From: Picochlorum sp. SENEW3
Lineage: Eukaryota
DNA length: 64,000 nucleotides
Assembly: GCA_034226945.1 (NCBI GenBank)
Contig: CP120461.1
Coordinates: 496,001-560,000, forward strand
Direction of reading: 5' to 3'
In this document: positions 36,050 to 48,378 of the stretch, piece by piece
Numbering within the stretch: position 1 is the first letter of the stretch
Layout: each line of letters opens with the position of its first letter
Program-made: the position numbers and the translations under genes
The notes under the pieces: generated by a model
Seen by the model: the letters and a program-made list of their open reading frames with translations, nothing else
Told to the model about the DNA's origin: nothing
Databases searched by the model: none

Positions 36050-39000
36050 CTACTCTTGCACTGCTGTAACATTGCTTACTTCGTCTTTGTTCCTCAGTCT
36101 GACCAAAGAATTCCCTTGCGTCAATCGATTAACGTAAGTTGGAATTTGCTTCAGCGGGACTCTAACTACCATTCCATTCGTGGTTGAAATGACAGCATCA
36201 TTCACCTTATGGTTGGCTGGGTCGTGAAGAACGACAGTAGCTGACAGCGAATCGCCTTCTTTCAGCTTTATTATTTTCAGCCCTTTCCCTGTGCGTGTCT
36301 TGTTTGTCCTTATCTGTGCGATTGGTATACACTTTCCCATTCCCTGAAAGAATAGTGTCGATCGTCAAAAATTGCTAGAGTTTATGTTGAAAAAAACGTC
36401 GAACTTACCTTTCTTGTCACCGCGACGAGGGAAATTCCTCCTGGAGTATCGATCGTTTCGTCACTTGAAGGAGCAACTTCGTCGTCTGTGGATTCTTCGT
36501 CGATTTTCCCAGAGGGCAAAACACTCATTCCCACCAGTGATCCGCTACCAATGTCCATTGTCTACAGCAAGTTGATCCATTGTTGTAAGCTCGATCTTTT
36601 GAATTGCATTTAATTTATGTCAAGCGTACCTTGCATCCGATAGCAGATGTTGAGAGCTTCGGACAAGCTGTCACAGGGAATCGAAGCGCAAAGCCGTTAC
36701 TGGAAGTCAGCAAGACATCATCAGACTCGGTGCACAATGAAACAAAGTTCAGTGAATCTCCCTTCTACAGGAATGTATATCATCATTGTCGATTAGTTCA
36801 TTTGGAGAGAATGAAAAGGTATGCATGGAATGTACACAAGAATCCGTACCCGTAATTTCATTGCTATAAGCCCCCTTGAACTCATTGACGTAAACATGTC
36901 CAGTGCAGTGCGCTTAATTTGACCTCTTTCGGTAAGCATGACTACGTCAGCGTCAACGGTATTGGCAGTGATTGGAAGCACCGCCGCTATGTTACTTGCC
37001 TTGCCGACACGAATCAACTGCAGAGATATGAAAATGATCATCAGCACGGTGAGCAATCAATCTTCCAAAGAATGAGAAAGCTCAGGACGAACCTGGGTGA
37101 TAGGAGTTCCAGAAGCTGTCCTTGATGCTTGTGGTATGGAATAAGCGGGTAGCGAGTGTGCATGCCCTTCCCTGGTGAAAAACAGCAAATTGTCATGGTC
37201 GTTCGCAAATATGAGGTCTTCCAAACTTTCGTTGTCTTTCAGTCGCGTGCCCGCGACACCTGTTCCTCGCAAGCCTTGTACCGAGAATGTGTTCGGGCTC
37301 ATTCGCTTGATGTAGCCACGGCTGCTGTATACAATAATACAAGGATTGTTCGGGATCACATCGATTTCTCTTAATTCTATCTGAGCTGCAGAGATATGTA
37401 GAATACACTCATATGTGATAATAATCAACAGTGTCGTACTAGAGAGACATACCATTTTGCACAATTTCTGTCCTTCTCTTCGTGCCATACTTTTCAGCAA
37501 TTTCCATTCCTTCTTTCAAAATCAGATCATGAATTCTGTCTTTCCTACTTAAAAGATCAGTTATCTCACAAATCCTGCAAGGCAATCAAAGCAACATGTC
37601 AGCAGAACACTGTTGTGCATCCAGGGGAAAATTTTTCTGGCATTACCTTCCTTCCAATTCCTCCTTTTCTTTGATGAGTTTTTCTTTCTCGAAGGAAGTA
37701 AATCTTCGCAAAGTCATCCCAAGCAGACCCTCTGCTTGTTCAGAACTGAGATTGAATTTTTCTTGGAGGTCATCTTTAGCAGAGTTTATAGTCTTTGAGG
37801 TTTTGATCACCTCTAAGACGTTGTCCAAATTATCAATGCCAATCAGAAATCCTTCGACGAGATGGAGGCGTTTAGATGCCTTTTCCTTTTCAAACAAACT
37901 TCTCCTTTCCACGACTTGTTCACGGAAGTCAAGGAATTCTTGCAGAAAATCCTTTAACGTGAGAGTCTTTGGTAACCCATCCACCAGTGCAATCATATTG
38001 CAGGAAAATCTGGCTTGAATAGCAGTATGCTTTTGCAATTGATTCATGATTAGTTCTGGTGTGGGACCACGCTGTTTGATCTCAATGACTACTCTCATTC
38101 CTGATCTGTCAGATTCATCGCGGATATCAGAAATTCCTGTTATTTTCCCATCATCTACCAGGTTAGCTATCTGCTCAACCAAGGACGCCTTATTGGTCTG
38201 ATATGGTAGCTCGTTGATGACGATAATAGATCTTTTTTTGCTTGTCTCTTCTATGTGCATTTTTGCCCGCACTAGTATGCTGCCCTTTCCAGTCTTGTAT
38301 GCATCTTTCAGTCCATCATTCTTCAGTATCTCTCCACCAGTGGGAAAATCTGGCCCCGGAACGAATTTCATCAGTTCCTCGACTGTTATAGATGGATTTT
38401 CAATTAGAGCTTTCAGACCGTCCATCAACTCCAAAAGATTATGAGGTGGGATTCTCGTAGCAATACCAACTGCAATTCCTTGTGACCCGTTGACTAGCAG
38501 GTTTGGAATTCTTGCAGGAAGAACAGAGGGTTCCATCACAGAATTGTCGAAATTTGGAAGCATAGCAACAGTCTCAGATCCCAAATCATGCAGCAAAGAC
38601 ATCGACGTGAACGGCTGTAATCGACATTCTGTGTACCGCATAGCAGCTGGAGGATCATCATCCAATGACCCAAAATTTCCATGCCCATCTACCAGGGGTA
38701 TTCTCATCGAAAAATCCTGCGCCATTCGTACAAGGGCATCATATACTGCCGTATCACCGTGTGGATGATACTTTCCAAGCACTTCTCCTACAACTCTGGC
38801 ACACTTGCGAAAGGGCTTATTGGGCTGCAAACCCAGTTCATCCATGGCAAACAGTATCCTTCTATGCACGGGTTTGAGTCCATCTCGTACATCTGGCAGC
38901 GCTCTACCTACAATGACAGACATTGCATAAGAAAGATAGGACTGCTCCGCCTCGCGCCGAAGTTCGGTCTCAATAATTCTGGTGTCTGGTACATTCTCAT

Positions 39001-39270
39001 CCAAGGCTCTTGTGGTTGTTCCGAATATTCTAAGCCCGTCTCTACTAGGAATTGATGGATTCGTCCAGGTATACTGCAAATGCGAGAGTTAAGCGTGAGG
39101 AAAACATCTTTCGTGACGTAAAGAATCAGAGTGCGGAAGAAACCCACCTGCAAAACCCTCAGTGACCGAAACTCTGCCTGAAGTCCAGGTAGTCCTGGTA
39201 CCGGTGCTGATGATCGCAAAAGCCCACAGCGCAAATTACCTATTCTCGATTGTAGCATTCTCTCACCCAT
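36050..39270 (-). CDS. GYRA: Organellar DNA gyrase subunit A, multi-exon
   Basis: [38 protein letters not shown] and GPDFPTGG; C-terminal beta-pinwheel repeats (GYIKR, GQIKR); N-terminal targeting-like exon. Confidence 0.95.
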
Positions 39271-39544
39271 ATGCCCTCGAATTTTGTGTAGCTATCGACA
39301 AGTACCTTAAATTGGCTTGTTTTACATGCAACACGTCTCTTCCAGAAATCAGAAGTCCCAATCAATGCACGACCAAGATCTGAGATTTGAACAAAATTTC
39401 ATTACTGAGAATGCTCCGAGAAGGACTATACATGATAGCAATAAGCCACTTAAGTTTTTCTGATTTTCCTTTTTAAGAAACAATCGCACACGGGTCTTGG
39501 ATCACGAACAGGCGAATCGCGGAGTACTGTTAAAAGAGCTGAAA

Positions 39545-41101
39545 ATGGATCATCATCATGATTCGTCTATCCATCGATTTGGACAAGGTAGCTTGGTGGA
39601 CCAAGTTGCTATAATAGGTTTGGAAAGGACGAAACTGCACACTGTTTTGAGAGAATTGGAAGGGTTAGAGGGGATCAATTCAATAGATGAGGTCTATCTA
39701 TATCTCCAGGAAGCTCATGAGGCTCTGATGTCTCTAGATTTGTTTGAAGCGGTGGATATTCTGATAGACGAAAGTGCTGAGGTACGCCCTTGCCCTTCTA
39801 GTTTCACAACTGAGCGGAACGATTGGAGTCATTGCCATGCATGTGAAATTTCAGGATGATGAAAAGGTTTCTGTCCGAATATCTGCCTCGGAGCTCGGGA
39901 TTTTGGGCATAAATGCTGGGACATATGTGCAAGGCTCAGAAGGGACTGTGGAAGCACAGTTCAATGTTCGTAATTACGCAGGATATGGTGAGAAGCTTTG
40001 CCTCAGCGTGGAACAGGGAATGTCTCTTTCAAATGCATATGCTCTACGGGTGTCTATCCCTCGGATAGGGCGCTTACCGCTTCTCGCAGATTTGAAGATT
40101 CACCAGTCTTTCGAGAACAAGGAGAAATGGGCATCATATGTTGAGCGATTGCGAGGTGTCACATGCTCTGTCATCAGGTTTGTTCGCCTTGCTCATGATT
40201 CCGTATTAATTTGACATCCAGCTGACAATATAACTTCCCGTGCAGCACTGATGGGACAATGTCACTGTCATATGATTGTGGCTGGAGAACACTATCCGAT
40301 CCCAAGAGGATGGCTTCTCCTGACATCGTGAAGCATTTAGGAGAATCTATGAAATCATCAATCACGCTTTCTTTCGCATCAATGCATAATTTAAATGATA
40401 CCTGCTCCGTAAATACCCTCACAGGACTTGAGTTGGGCGGTGTAGGGACCCATGGCATCCATCAATTCTTGAAGGGAAATATTACTGGAAATTTTTCGTA
40501 CAATATCGCTGATTCCGTTGAACTTTTCCTGGAGGCGACTGCTGGCCTGATACTTCCTTCCAGATCAACGTCAGAAGAGGATATTTGCCCGAGTGATAGA
40601 TTTTACATGGGTGGCCTGGGACCATTTGGGTTGAGAGGATTTCACCAGAATGGACTTGGACCGATGTGTCCAAGGAGGCGTAATTGCTCGCCTAAGGTGG
40701 GAACTGCACTTTCAAAGCTTTCACATGTCTTATCAGGATATTTACGCTTTCGTTGTATGCAGGGTGGTCGACAGCGCGACGCTTTGGGTGGTTCCTGTGC
40801 TCTTGGTGTGGTAGCTGCATTGAGATTCCAACTGCCTTATGCTACACTCACAGCTCTTGGGATGAAGGGTCAAATTTTTGCCAATGCTGGAACGGTGGGG
40901 AATCTTTGGGGTGACGAGAGTATTTTTGGAGGTAAAAATCCTATACATACTTTTCAAACAAAGATCAGGGCAACAGTGGGTGCTGGCATTGTTTGGCCTT
41001 TGAAAATTGGACAACTAGAATTAAACATATGCAGGGTGATGAGTCAGAGCCCTTCTGACTATTCTAAAAATGGTATTCAATTCGGAATCACTCCTTATTA
41101 A
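39545..41101 (+). CDS. SAM50: SAM50/Omp85-family mitochondrial outer-membrane protein, 4 exons
   Basis: POTRA-like IIGLERTK; RNYAGYGE, DRFYMGG..GLRGF, DALGG, QLELN and terminal QFGI. Confidence 0.85.
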
Positions 41102-41124
41102 TAATTGTTTGTGAAATATCCTTA

Positions 41125-43737
41125 TTAGCAATACTTTTCCAACCAGTCTGCCATTTCTGCTAAACAGTGCAAGATAGATTCTCTAGCACTGTATCCATGA
41201 CTCTCATATGGGAGAATTACTAGCTTCGTTGTCACACCATGCCCTTTCAAAGCTGCATACATCCTTTCGCTTTGAAGTGGGAAAGTTCCTGGGTTGTTGT
41301 CCGCCTCTCCATGGATGAGCAAAAGAGGGTCTTTAATTTTATCGGCATTCATGAATGGAGACATTTTGGCATATGTTTCTTTTGCTTCCCACAACGTTCT
41401 TTCTTCCGCCTGAAATCCAAAGGGAGTCATTGTACGGTTATATGCGCCGCTTCTAGCAATACCACATTTGAAAAGACCTGGAGCATGGGCAAGCAGGCCT
41501 GCGGCCATAAAAGCTCCGTAACTGTGTCCTCCAACGCAGATTCTGCTCGTGTCAACACATCCGAGTCTATTCAACTCTGCAACAGCTGCTCTAGCTGAGG
41601 ATGTAAGTTGTTCAACATATGTATCATTGGGCTCCTCGTTGTCTTCTCCGAATATGGGAAACGAAGGACCATCCAAAATGGCATATCCTTCTGTGAGCAA
41701 CATTAATGGTGAAGTGCTACCTATATTCACGAATTGATGCGGCGATTTCCTGAGCTGACCAGCGGCATCCTTACTCTTGAATTCTCTAGGATATGCCCAC
41801 AGAATACAAGGCAATTTACCATCTCTCTCTTTGTCATAATTTGGAGGCAAATAAAAAGTTGCATTCAATTTGACTCCATCTTCTCTTTCGTACTGAAGTA
41901 TCTCCTTTTTCATTCCAACTAATCCAGGATATGGATGAGGAAAATTCGATATTTGCTTATCGTCTCTCAATGTGCCATCGCTAGCGAAAGTGGCGATCGA
42001 AAACTGGGGTGGATATTCCTCTGTCTCCCTCCTTGCAAGCATCTGCAGATCACTGAGAGGAATGACCCCTTCGACATTATCACTCAGGATAGTCGACATA
42101 ACTTCATAAAATGGAGGAGAACTTCTCCATAGTCTTCTCTTTGATCGATTCTCGAGATCCAAAAGATCCAAAAATGGTTTGCTACCATCTGGAGAAGCTC
42201 CAGCCCCAGACAAGAGAATCTGTTTCTTTTTGTCAATCTCGGCAATCACATATGAACCGTCTCTATTCCTTCGTAAAACTGGGCTTCCGGGATCATTGTA
42301 ACTATCCTCATAATTCAAGTCAAACAGCAACTCTGGATCTCCTAGACCTTCGGGATGGATGATCCATGTTCTACTTTTTCTGGTTTTCCATTCGCTCTCG
42401 TACAGCAGAGCAAATGAATCATCACACCAGACTATACCGCTATATCTCATATCTGTACTTCCAACGACTCGTGGATCTTTCATCGGCTGGGAAACATCTA
42501 GCGAATAGACCACATCCCGTGGAGAAACATTAACAGCAGGATCACCTCCATCTTGGCATTCTGCCCAGGTGACTTCATGAGGTTTATCATCGCGCCATGA
42601 AATACCTCGAGGACCACTTCGACAGCTATCAAATGCCAAAGGAATATGCAACGCTAATGGTAGGTTGGCGATTTCCTTGATGAAATTGCCATGGGCATCC
42701 CAAACTTGTACCACCTTGGGGAACCTGCCACAAGGAACTGCATAAGACCAGGGCTTTTGCAGCCAAGATACCAAGGTATACGCTCCAGATGGTGAGGATG
42801 ATATAGCGGTGTACACCCGAGAAGACGAATCACCAAAATCTTGGACATGCCCAGTGTCAATGTCCACACGGACAAGCTTGCTCTCACAGTAATATGAGAA
42901 AAGCTCTTCATCATGGGAGTTCTTTAACAGGTCTTGATATGTGCGAGTCTGGCTCCTTTTTCCCCCTGTATTATCTTCAATCCTTGGACCAAAACTTGGT
43001 CTGCCTTCTGTTGGAGATGGACCCAGGTTGGGAGGAATAATTGGAACAACAATGTTGCTCTCATCAATCCAGGCATACTGAGCAAACGTGGAATTCACAT
43101 TTTTCACAAGCACTTTGGCTTTGCAAGACTTTACATCTGTGATCCACAACTCCGCAGGAGGTCGTGCGTCGTCCAGGTCAGAATGGGTCCTACGAAGTGT
43201 AAAAGCAATGTGTGTACCATCTGGAGACCACGAGACATCTCGAATGCCAAAGCCTTCAGGAATTCCAGAAATGACCCTCCTCTCCTCCTCCTCCAAAGGT
43301 AATTTCAAATCATCATTTCGTTCCGCCAAAGCCAAACCCGTGTTATAAGAGAGTTTACTCCGACAGAAACCACTAGGGTCCAATCTAACACCTGCAAGTT
43401 TCAGTTCAGGCCTGGAATAGTCAATAACTGACGGATGCGCTGCCGGCCTTTTTATCTCCAATACCATGTCACGCATAGGAGAAAATGAATACAGTGGTTC
43501 TCTGGGCTGATCCACAATCCTCAAAATCTCCTTGGGAGGAACTTTGTATCCCACCAAACATGAAGAGGATGAATCCCCAGCCGATTCATCCACCGATTGT
43601 ACATCTTTCCCACTGACGCTATTCATAACAATATGATTTGTTAGTGCTCTAAACCTTCTCTGATATCGTCCCTTTGTGTGTTGAGCAAAACGCATGCCAA
43701 CGGAAGAAACAATTGTCCTCGTGGAAACTCTCGCCAT
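41125..43737 (-). CDS. CGEP: Chloroplast glutamyl endopeptidase (S9 peptidase)
   Basis: GYKVPPKEI, WAYPREFKS, GGHSYGAFM, ARSGAYNRT and IHGEADNNPGT; transit-like N-terminus; intronless. Confidence 0.92.
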   Translation of the reverse strand: MARVSTRTIVSSVGMRFAQHTKGRYQRRFRALTNHIVMNSVSGKDVQSVDESAGDSSSSCLVGYKVPPKEILRIVDQPREPLYSFSPMRDMVLEIKRPAAHPSVIDYSRPELKLAGVRLDPSGFCRSKLSYNTGLALAERNDDLKLPLEEEERRVISGIPEGFGIRDVSWSPDGTHIAFTLRRTHSDLDDARPPAELWITDVKSCKAKVLVKNVNSTFAQYAWIDESNIVVPIIPPNLGPSPTEGRPSFGPRIEDNTGGKRSQTRTYQDLLKNSHDEELFSYYCESKLVRVDIDTGHVQDFGDSSSRVYTAISSSPSGAYTLVSWLQKPWSYAVPCGRFPKVVQVWDAHGNFIKEIANLPLALHIPLAFDSCRSGPRGISWRDDKPHEVTWAECQDGGDPAVNVSPRDVVYSLDVSQPMKDPRVVGSTDMRYSGIVWCDDSFALLYESEWKTRKSRTWIIHPEGLGDPELLFDLNYEDSYNDPGSPVLRRNRDGSYVIAEIDKKKQILLSGAGASPDGSKPFLDLLDLENRSKRRLWRSSPPFYEVMSTILSDNVEGVIPLSDLQMLARRETEEYPPQFSIATFASDGTLRDDKQISNFPHPYPGLVGMKKEILQYEREDGVKLNATFYLPPNYDKERDGKLPCILWAYPREFKSKDAAGQLRKSPHQFVNIGSTSPLMLLTEGYAILDGPSFPIFGEDNEEPNDTYVEQLTSSARAAVAELNRLGCVDTSRICVGGHSYGAFMAAGLLAHAPGLFKCGIARSGAYNRTMTPFGFQAEERTLWEAKETYAKMSPFMNADKIKDPLLLIHGEADNNPGTFPLQSERMYAALKGHGVTTKLVILPYESHGYSARESILHCLAEMADWLEKYC

Positions 43738-44451
43738 CACTCCTTCAAGAGATACGGGAACAGCAACAAATACGAACCACCAAAACTTAAAAAATTCTTC
43801 TTATCTTGTGTTCATCCTGTCCACGTGAGATGAATACTTACACCTGCTTCAAAACTGCATCTACACTGCAGTGTAGATGTAGAACCCAATTGGTTATTTC
43901 GTGTGGGTAACAGTACCCATGTTGGCATTCTGGTGAAGAGGACTGTGCTGTTCAGGATTCTGGGTATTGAAGGATTCGCCATGAGATTGGCACCTGAGAG
44001 TATCGATTGTCACACCCAACTAGACATGTATCATGGTTCCACTCACCAACCTCCATGGTAGGGTCAGCACCACTACATGGTAATATAGCGACTTGTCCCC
44101 ATCATCATGAGTGCCCTAGGACAAGCATGGAGGCTTTGGAGGCGAGGAGCCTGGGGATCGCTGGATCTCAGTGAAAAAGTCAGGCTCTATGGCTGCAATC
44201 GCCTTGGTGACAATCCGGCCTGCTCAAACGATACATCAACAGGTCGATTCTTCCCATCCAAGGGGTTCCCCGACAGAGCAGCATGGAGAGCGAAAAGAAT
44301 TCAACAAAATTGTTATCATCGCGAGAGATTCATTCATTTGCTTATGATATTATATTAAAAGTTCCAAGCATATGAATTGTACTTGTTGATTTGAGCATCA
44401 CAGGCGTGAATTTGCGACGTTGTCGTTCAACGTAACAACCAACCAACCAAC

Positions 44452-47400
44452 ATGTTCGTGAAAGAGATTAGCTTGGATGGTTTCAAGTCGTATGCTCAGA
44501 GGGTTGATGTGAAAGGATTTGACTCACAATTTAATGCGATCACTGGGTTGAATGGTAGTGGAAAGAGTAACATTCTCGACTCGATTTGCTTCGTGTTGGG
44601 AATCCAGAACTTGCAACAGGTGCGAGAAGGAGAGGTGTATATTCAATACTCGCGATTTTGATAGATTTAATTCTTTTCACTATTTTGATGCCAGGTTCGA
44701 GCGAATAGCTTGCAAGAGCTCGTATACAAGCAAGGGCAAGCTGGGGTCACCAAGGCAACGGTTTCCATCGTGTTTGACAACGCCGACAAGGAGAACAGTC
44801 CTGTTGGATATGAACACTTGGACGAAATTACTGTGACAAGGCAACTTGTCATTGGGGGGAGGAGCAAGTATTTGATCAATGGGAAGACAGCAGATCAGGG
44901 GTATGTTGAGGCTGTGTGGGTTTGGACTGTTCATCATCTTGTCTAAAGCATTCAGTGTTCTTGTGCAGGAGAGTGCAAAATTTGTTTCACTCTGTTCAGT
45001 TGAATGTGAATAATCCTCATTTTCTGATTATGCAAGGGAGAATCACGAAAGTGTTGAATATGAAGCCTCCTGAGATTCTTGGTTTGTTGGAAGAAGCCGC
45101 TGGAACAAAGATGTACGAGACAAAGAAGCAAGCTGCTCTGCGAACACTGGAGAAGAAGCAACTAAAAGTAGATGAGATAAACAAAGTCTTGTCAGAAGAT
45201 ATCATGCCAGCCTTGGATAAATTGCGCAGGGAAAAGGTGCAATACATGGAATGGCAGAATGCAAGCTCCAAAATGGAACGTCTCCAAAGGTTTTGCGTGG
45301 CGTACAAATACACAGAGGCAAAAGAGTATGTTGTCCATGATATATTTTGATTTTCAATTAGTTGCTTATGTTGTCGTGAAACGCTTGCAGACTTCTTCAA
45401 GATGGTGAGACTGAAGTGAAGCAGGCAACCGATGCTCTGTCTCAATACGAGTCCCAACTGGAAGATGCGGAAGAGCAATCAAAGCGTAAGAAGACAGATT
45501 TGAAGAGTATTCAGGATGAAAAGGAATCACAGGCTAGTGGAGAAGTTAAGTCTTTGATACAGCAAACAGATGCCTTGTCAAAAAAGCTTGTTCAAGAGAA
45601 TAGTCGCCTGAGCAACCTAAAAGACGCCCTACAAAGTGAAAATGATCAGAGAAATTTGCTTTGTAAGTCAATGGAAGAGTTGAATGAAGAAGCTATAAAA
45701 GAAAAAATTAGAGCTGCTACAGAGAAGAGGAATGAAGCTGCTGCAGAGGTCGAAAGGTTTGTTGACCTGTCTAGTATATATTTTCGTCTGGTCAGTGTGT
45801 CCCCTAAGTTTTGGAATATGTATATATATGTAGGTCAATCCAATCAGTTGCGGCGGCTCAAAGTGAACTCGCCGGAGCAGAAGCTGGAGATGGTCGCGAC
45901 GCCTCGAATCGCAGTCTTCAGGAGAGATTGGATGATGCAAAGAATTCAATCACTGAGGTAGATGGCACGGAGAAGGCATCTAAAACCGCTGTCAAGCATC
46001 AAAAGAAGAAGCTAAGTGAGTTGAAGAAAGAGCTGTCATCAAAGGAGAAGAATGGCTCCATGATTCAGAAAGAATTCGAACAAGAGCAGAACAATTTGGA
46101 GTCCCTCAGGGAAAAACTCAACTCATTCAACTATGACGAAAATAAAACTCAGTCCATTGAGAATGAGATTGAGAATGAGCGTACTTGTATTTGCGAAATC
46201 AACGATAAAATCGATCAGCTGTCCTCCAAAGTTGCTGCTGCTGAGTTTCATTTCAAGGATCCTGTCAAAGGCTTTGATCGCTCCAAGGTGAAGGGTGTTG
46301 TTTCAAAGCTTGTTCGGGTCCAGGACCCAAAGTATTCTTCTGCTCTCGAAGTTGCAGCTGGTGGAAAGCTCTATCAGGTTATTGTAGATAATGAGCAGAC
46401 TGCAAAGCAGTTGCTTGCAGGTGGCCAGCTAAGAAATCGCGTAACAATCATTCCGCTTAACAAAGTTTCTGCACGCTCTTTATCAGAATCATCAAAAGCA
46501 ACTGCTAGGAGTCTTGCAGGCGACAAAGCGATTCCAGCGCTTGAATTAGTTGGTTATAACCAGGAGCTCGAATCTGCCATGAAATATGCTTTTGGGGGAT
46601 CATTTGTCTGTGACGACTCCTCAACGGCCAAAATGCTTGCGTTCCACAAAGACATTGCTTCTAGGTGTGTCACACTCGACGGGGACGATTTCAACCCCAG
46701 TGGAACATTGACCGGAGGATCAAGAAATAAAACAAATTCTATTCTCTCCCAACTCCATGCTTTGTCCGAATTGGAAACCGAACTTGCAATGCATGAGAAG
46801 AAAATGAACAACCTGAGATCTAAGATCAAAATCTTGAATCTGGAGAAATCAAACTTTAATAATGTGAAGAAAGATATCGAGATCAAAGAACATAGCGTTG
46901 AACTCCTGCGGAAACGCCTCGAAGGCAGCGAGGTGCATCAGTTATTGCAATCCGTTTCAGCCTGTGAGAAGGAATTGGAGGAATCAGAGAAAGCTGTTGC
47001 TGATGCCATTGAGAAGAAATCTGATCTACAGGAACTCGTAAGGACATTGGATGATCAAATCAAGAACTTCGATAAAGTTAAAAATAAACTGGTTACCGAA
47101 GCTCAGAAGAAACTTCAAATAGCGAAGGACAACGTGGAGACTGCAAAAAAGCATGCAAGAGAGATGGAAGTCAGTTTACAAGGTGTTTTGGCTGATAGTG
47201 AAAGTGCCGCCCAGGAGAGGCGTGCCATTCAAGAACAAATTGACCAATCCTCAAAGCAGATTGAAAAATTAGAGAAGGATGTGAGGGAAATGACCGATCT
47301 TGTGAACAATTTGGAAGCTGAGCATAAATCTCTGTCAGACACACTTGCAGAGAAGCAGTCCCGCTTGAGACAATGCGATGAAGAGATAGCCCAAATCGAG

Positions 47401-48309
47401 AGGGAAATCGCGGAAATCGAGTCTCACAAAACTGATATTGTCGTCGAGAAAAAGAAGTTGGGTAATAGGATTGAAGCTCTCAGAAAAGGTGCGCACACTG
47501 CAGAGGATAAATGCAGAGCACTTGAGAGAGAATACCCCTGGATCCAGACTGAGATGAGTCACTTTGGTACTAGTGGAAGTGATTACGACTGGGACGCAAA
47601 CGACCCAACTGAAATGTTCCATGAATATGAAAAGGCTCGTGGCGTCATTGATAATCTTTCAAAGAGAGTGAATAAAAAGGTGATGCAGATGTTTGAGAAG
47701 GCTGAGCATGAGTACACAGAACTGAAACGTAAGAAAGATGTCGTGGAGGCAGACAAGGCTAAAATTCGGGATGTGATGTACGATCTTGACGAGAAAAAGA
47801 AAGAAGCGTTGGGAACTACCTGGGAAAAAGTGAATGAAGATTTGGGTTCTATATTTTCAACACTTTTACCAGGTACAATGGCAAAATTGGAACCTGTCGA
47901 AGGAACATCATTCATGGAGGGACTTGAGGTGAAGGTTGCATTTGGGGGAGTATGGAAAGAATCACTTAGCGAGCTGAGTGGAGGCCAGAAGTCTCTTTTG
48001 GCACTATCTCTGATATTAGCGATGCTATTATTCAAGCCTGCGCCAATTTACATCCTTGACGAGGTAGATGCTGCCTTGGATTTGAGCCACACACAAAATA
48101 TTGGAAGAATGATCAAGTCACATTTCCCACAGTCCCAGTTCATCGTCGTGTCGCTCAAAGAGGGTATGTTTAGCAATGCGAACGTTATCTTCAGGACGAA
48201 ATTCGTAGACGGGGTTTCAACCGTTACCCGCACAGTCAACAATGGTCTGGAGTCTTCAAAATCAAACAGGCAGCAACGGGCACCGCTGAGAGAAAATGTC
48301 CGTACCTGA
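44452..48309 (+). CDS. SMC2: Condensin subunit SMC2, 5 exons
   Basis: [39 protein letters not shown], hinge [21 protein letters not shown] and [10 protein letters not shown]. Confidence 0.97.
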
Positions 48310-48378
48310 TATCTTGCAAAGATGTCTTGTATTTTTATCCGCTTTAAATTTTGCCCTTCTTTGTAAATCAATCTTGAT

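Noticed and set aside
37643..39079. Bacterial-looking gyrA as contamination or recent HGT
   Set aside because: Spliceosomal introns and a targeting exon; nuclear-encoded organellar gyrase is standard in green plants
43835..43846. ATACTTAC resembling the U1 snRNA 5' end
   Set aside because: Continues ACCTG after an extra AC and lacks the U1 stem-loops and Sm site
44107..44358. 83-aa ORF in the CGEP-SMC2 spacer
   Set aside because: No recognisable motif or splice partner; cannot be supported as a CDS
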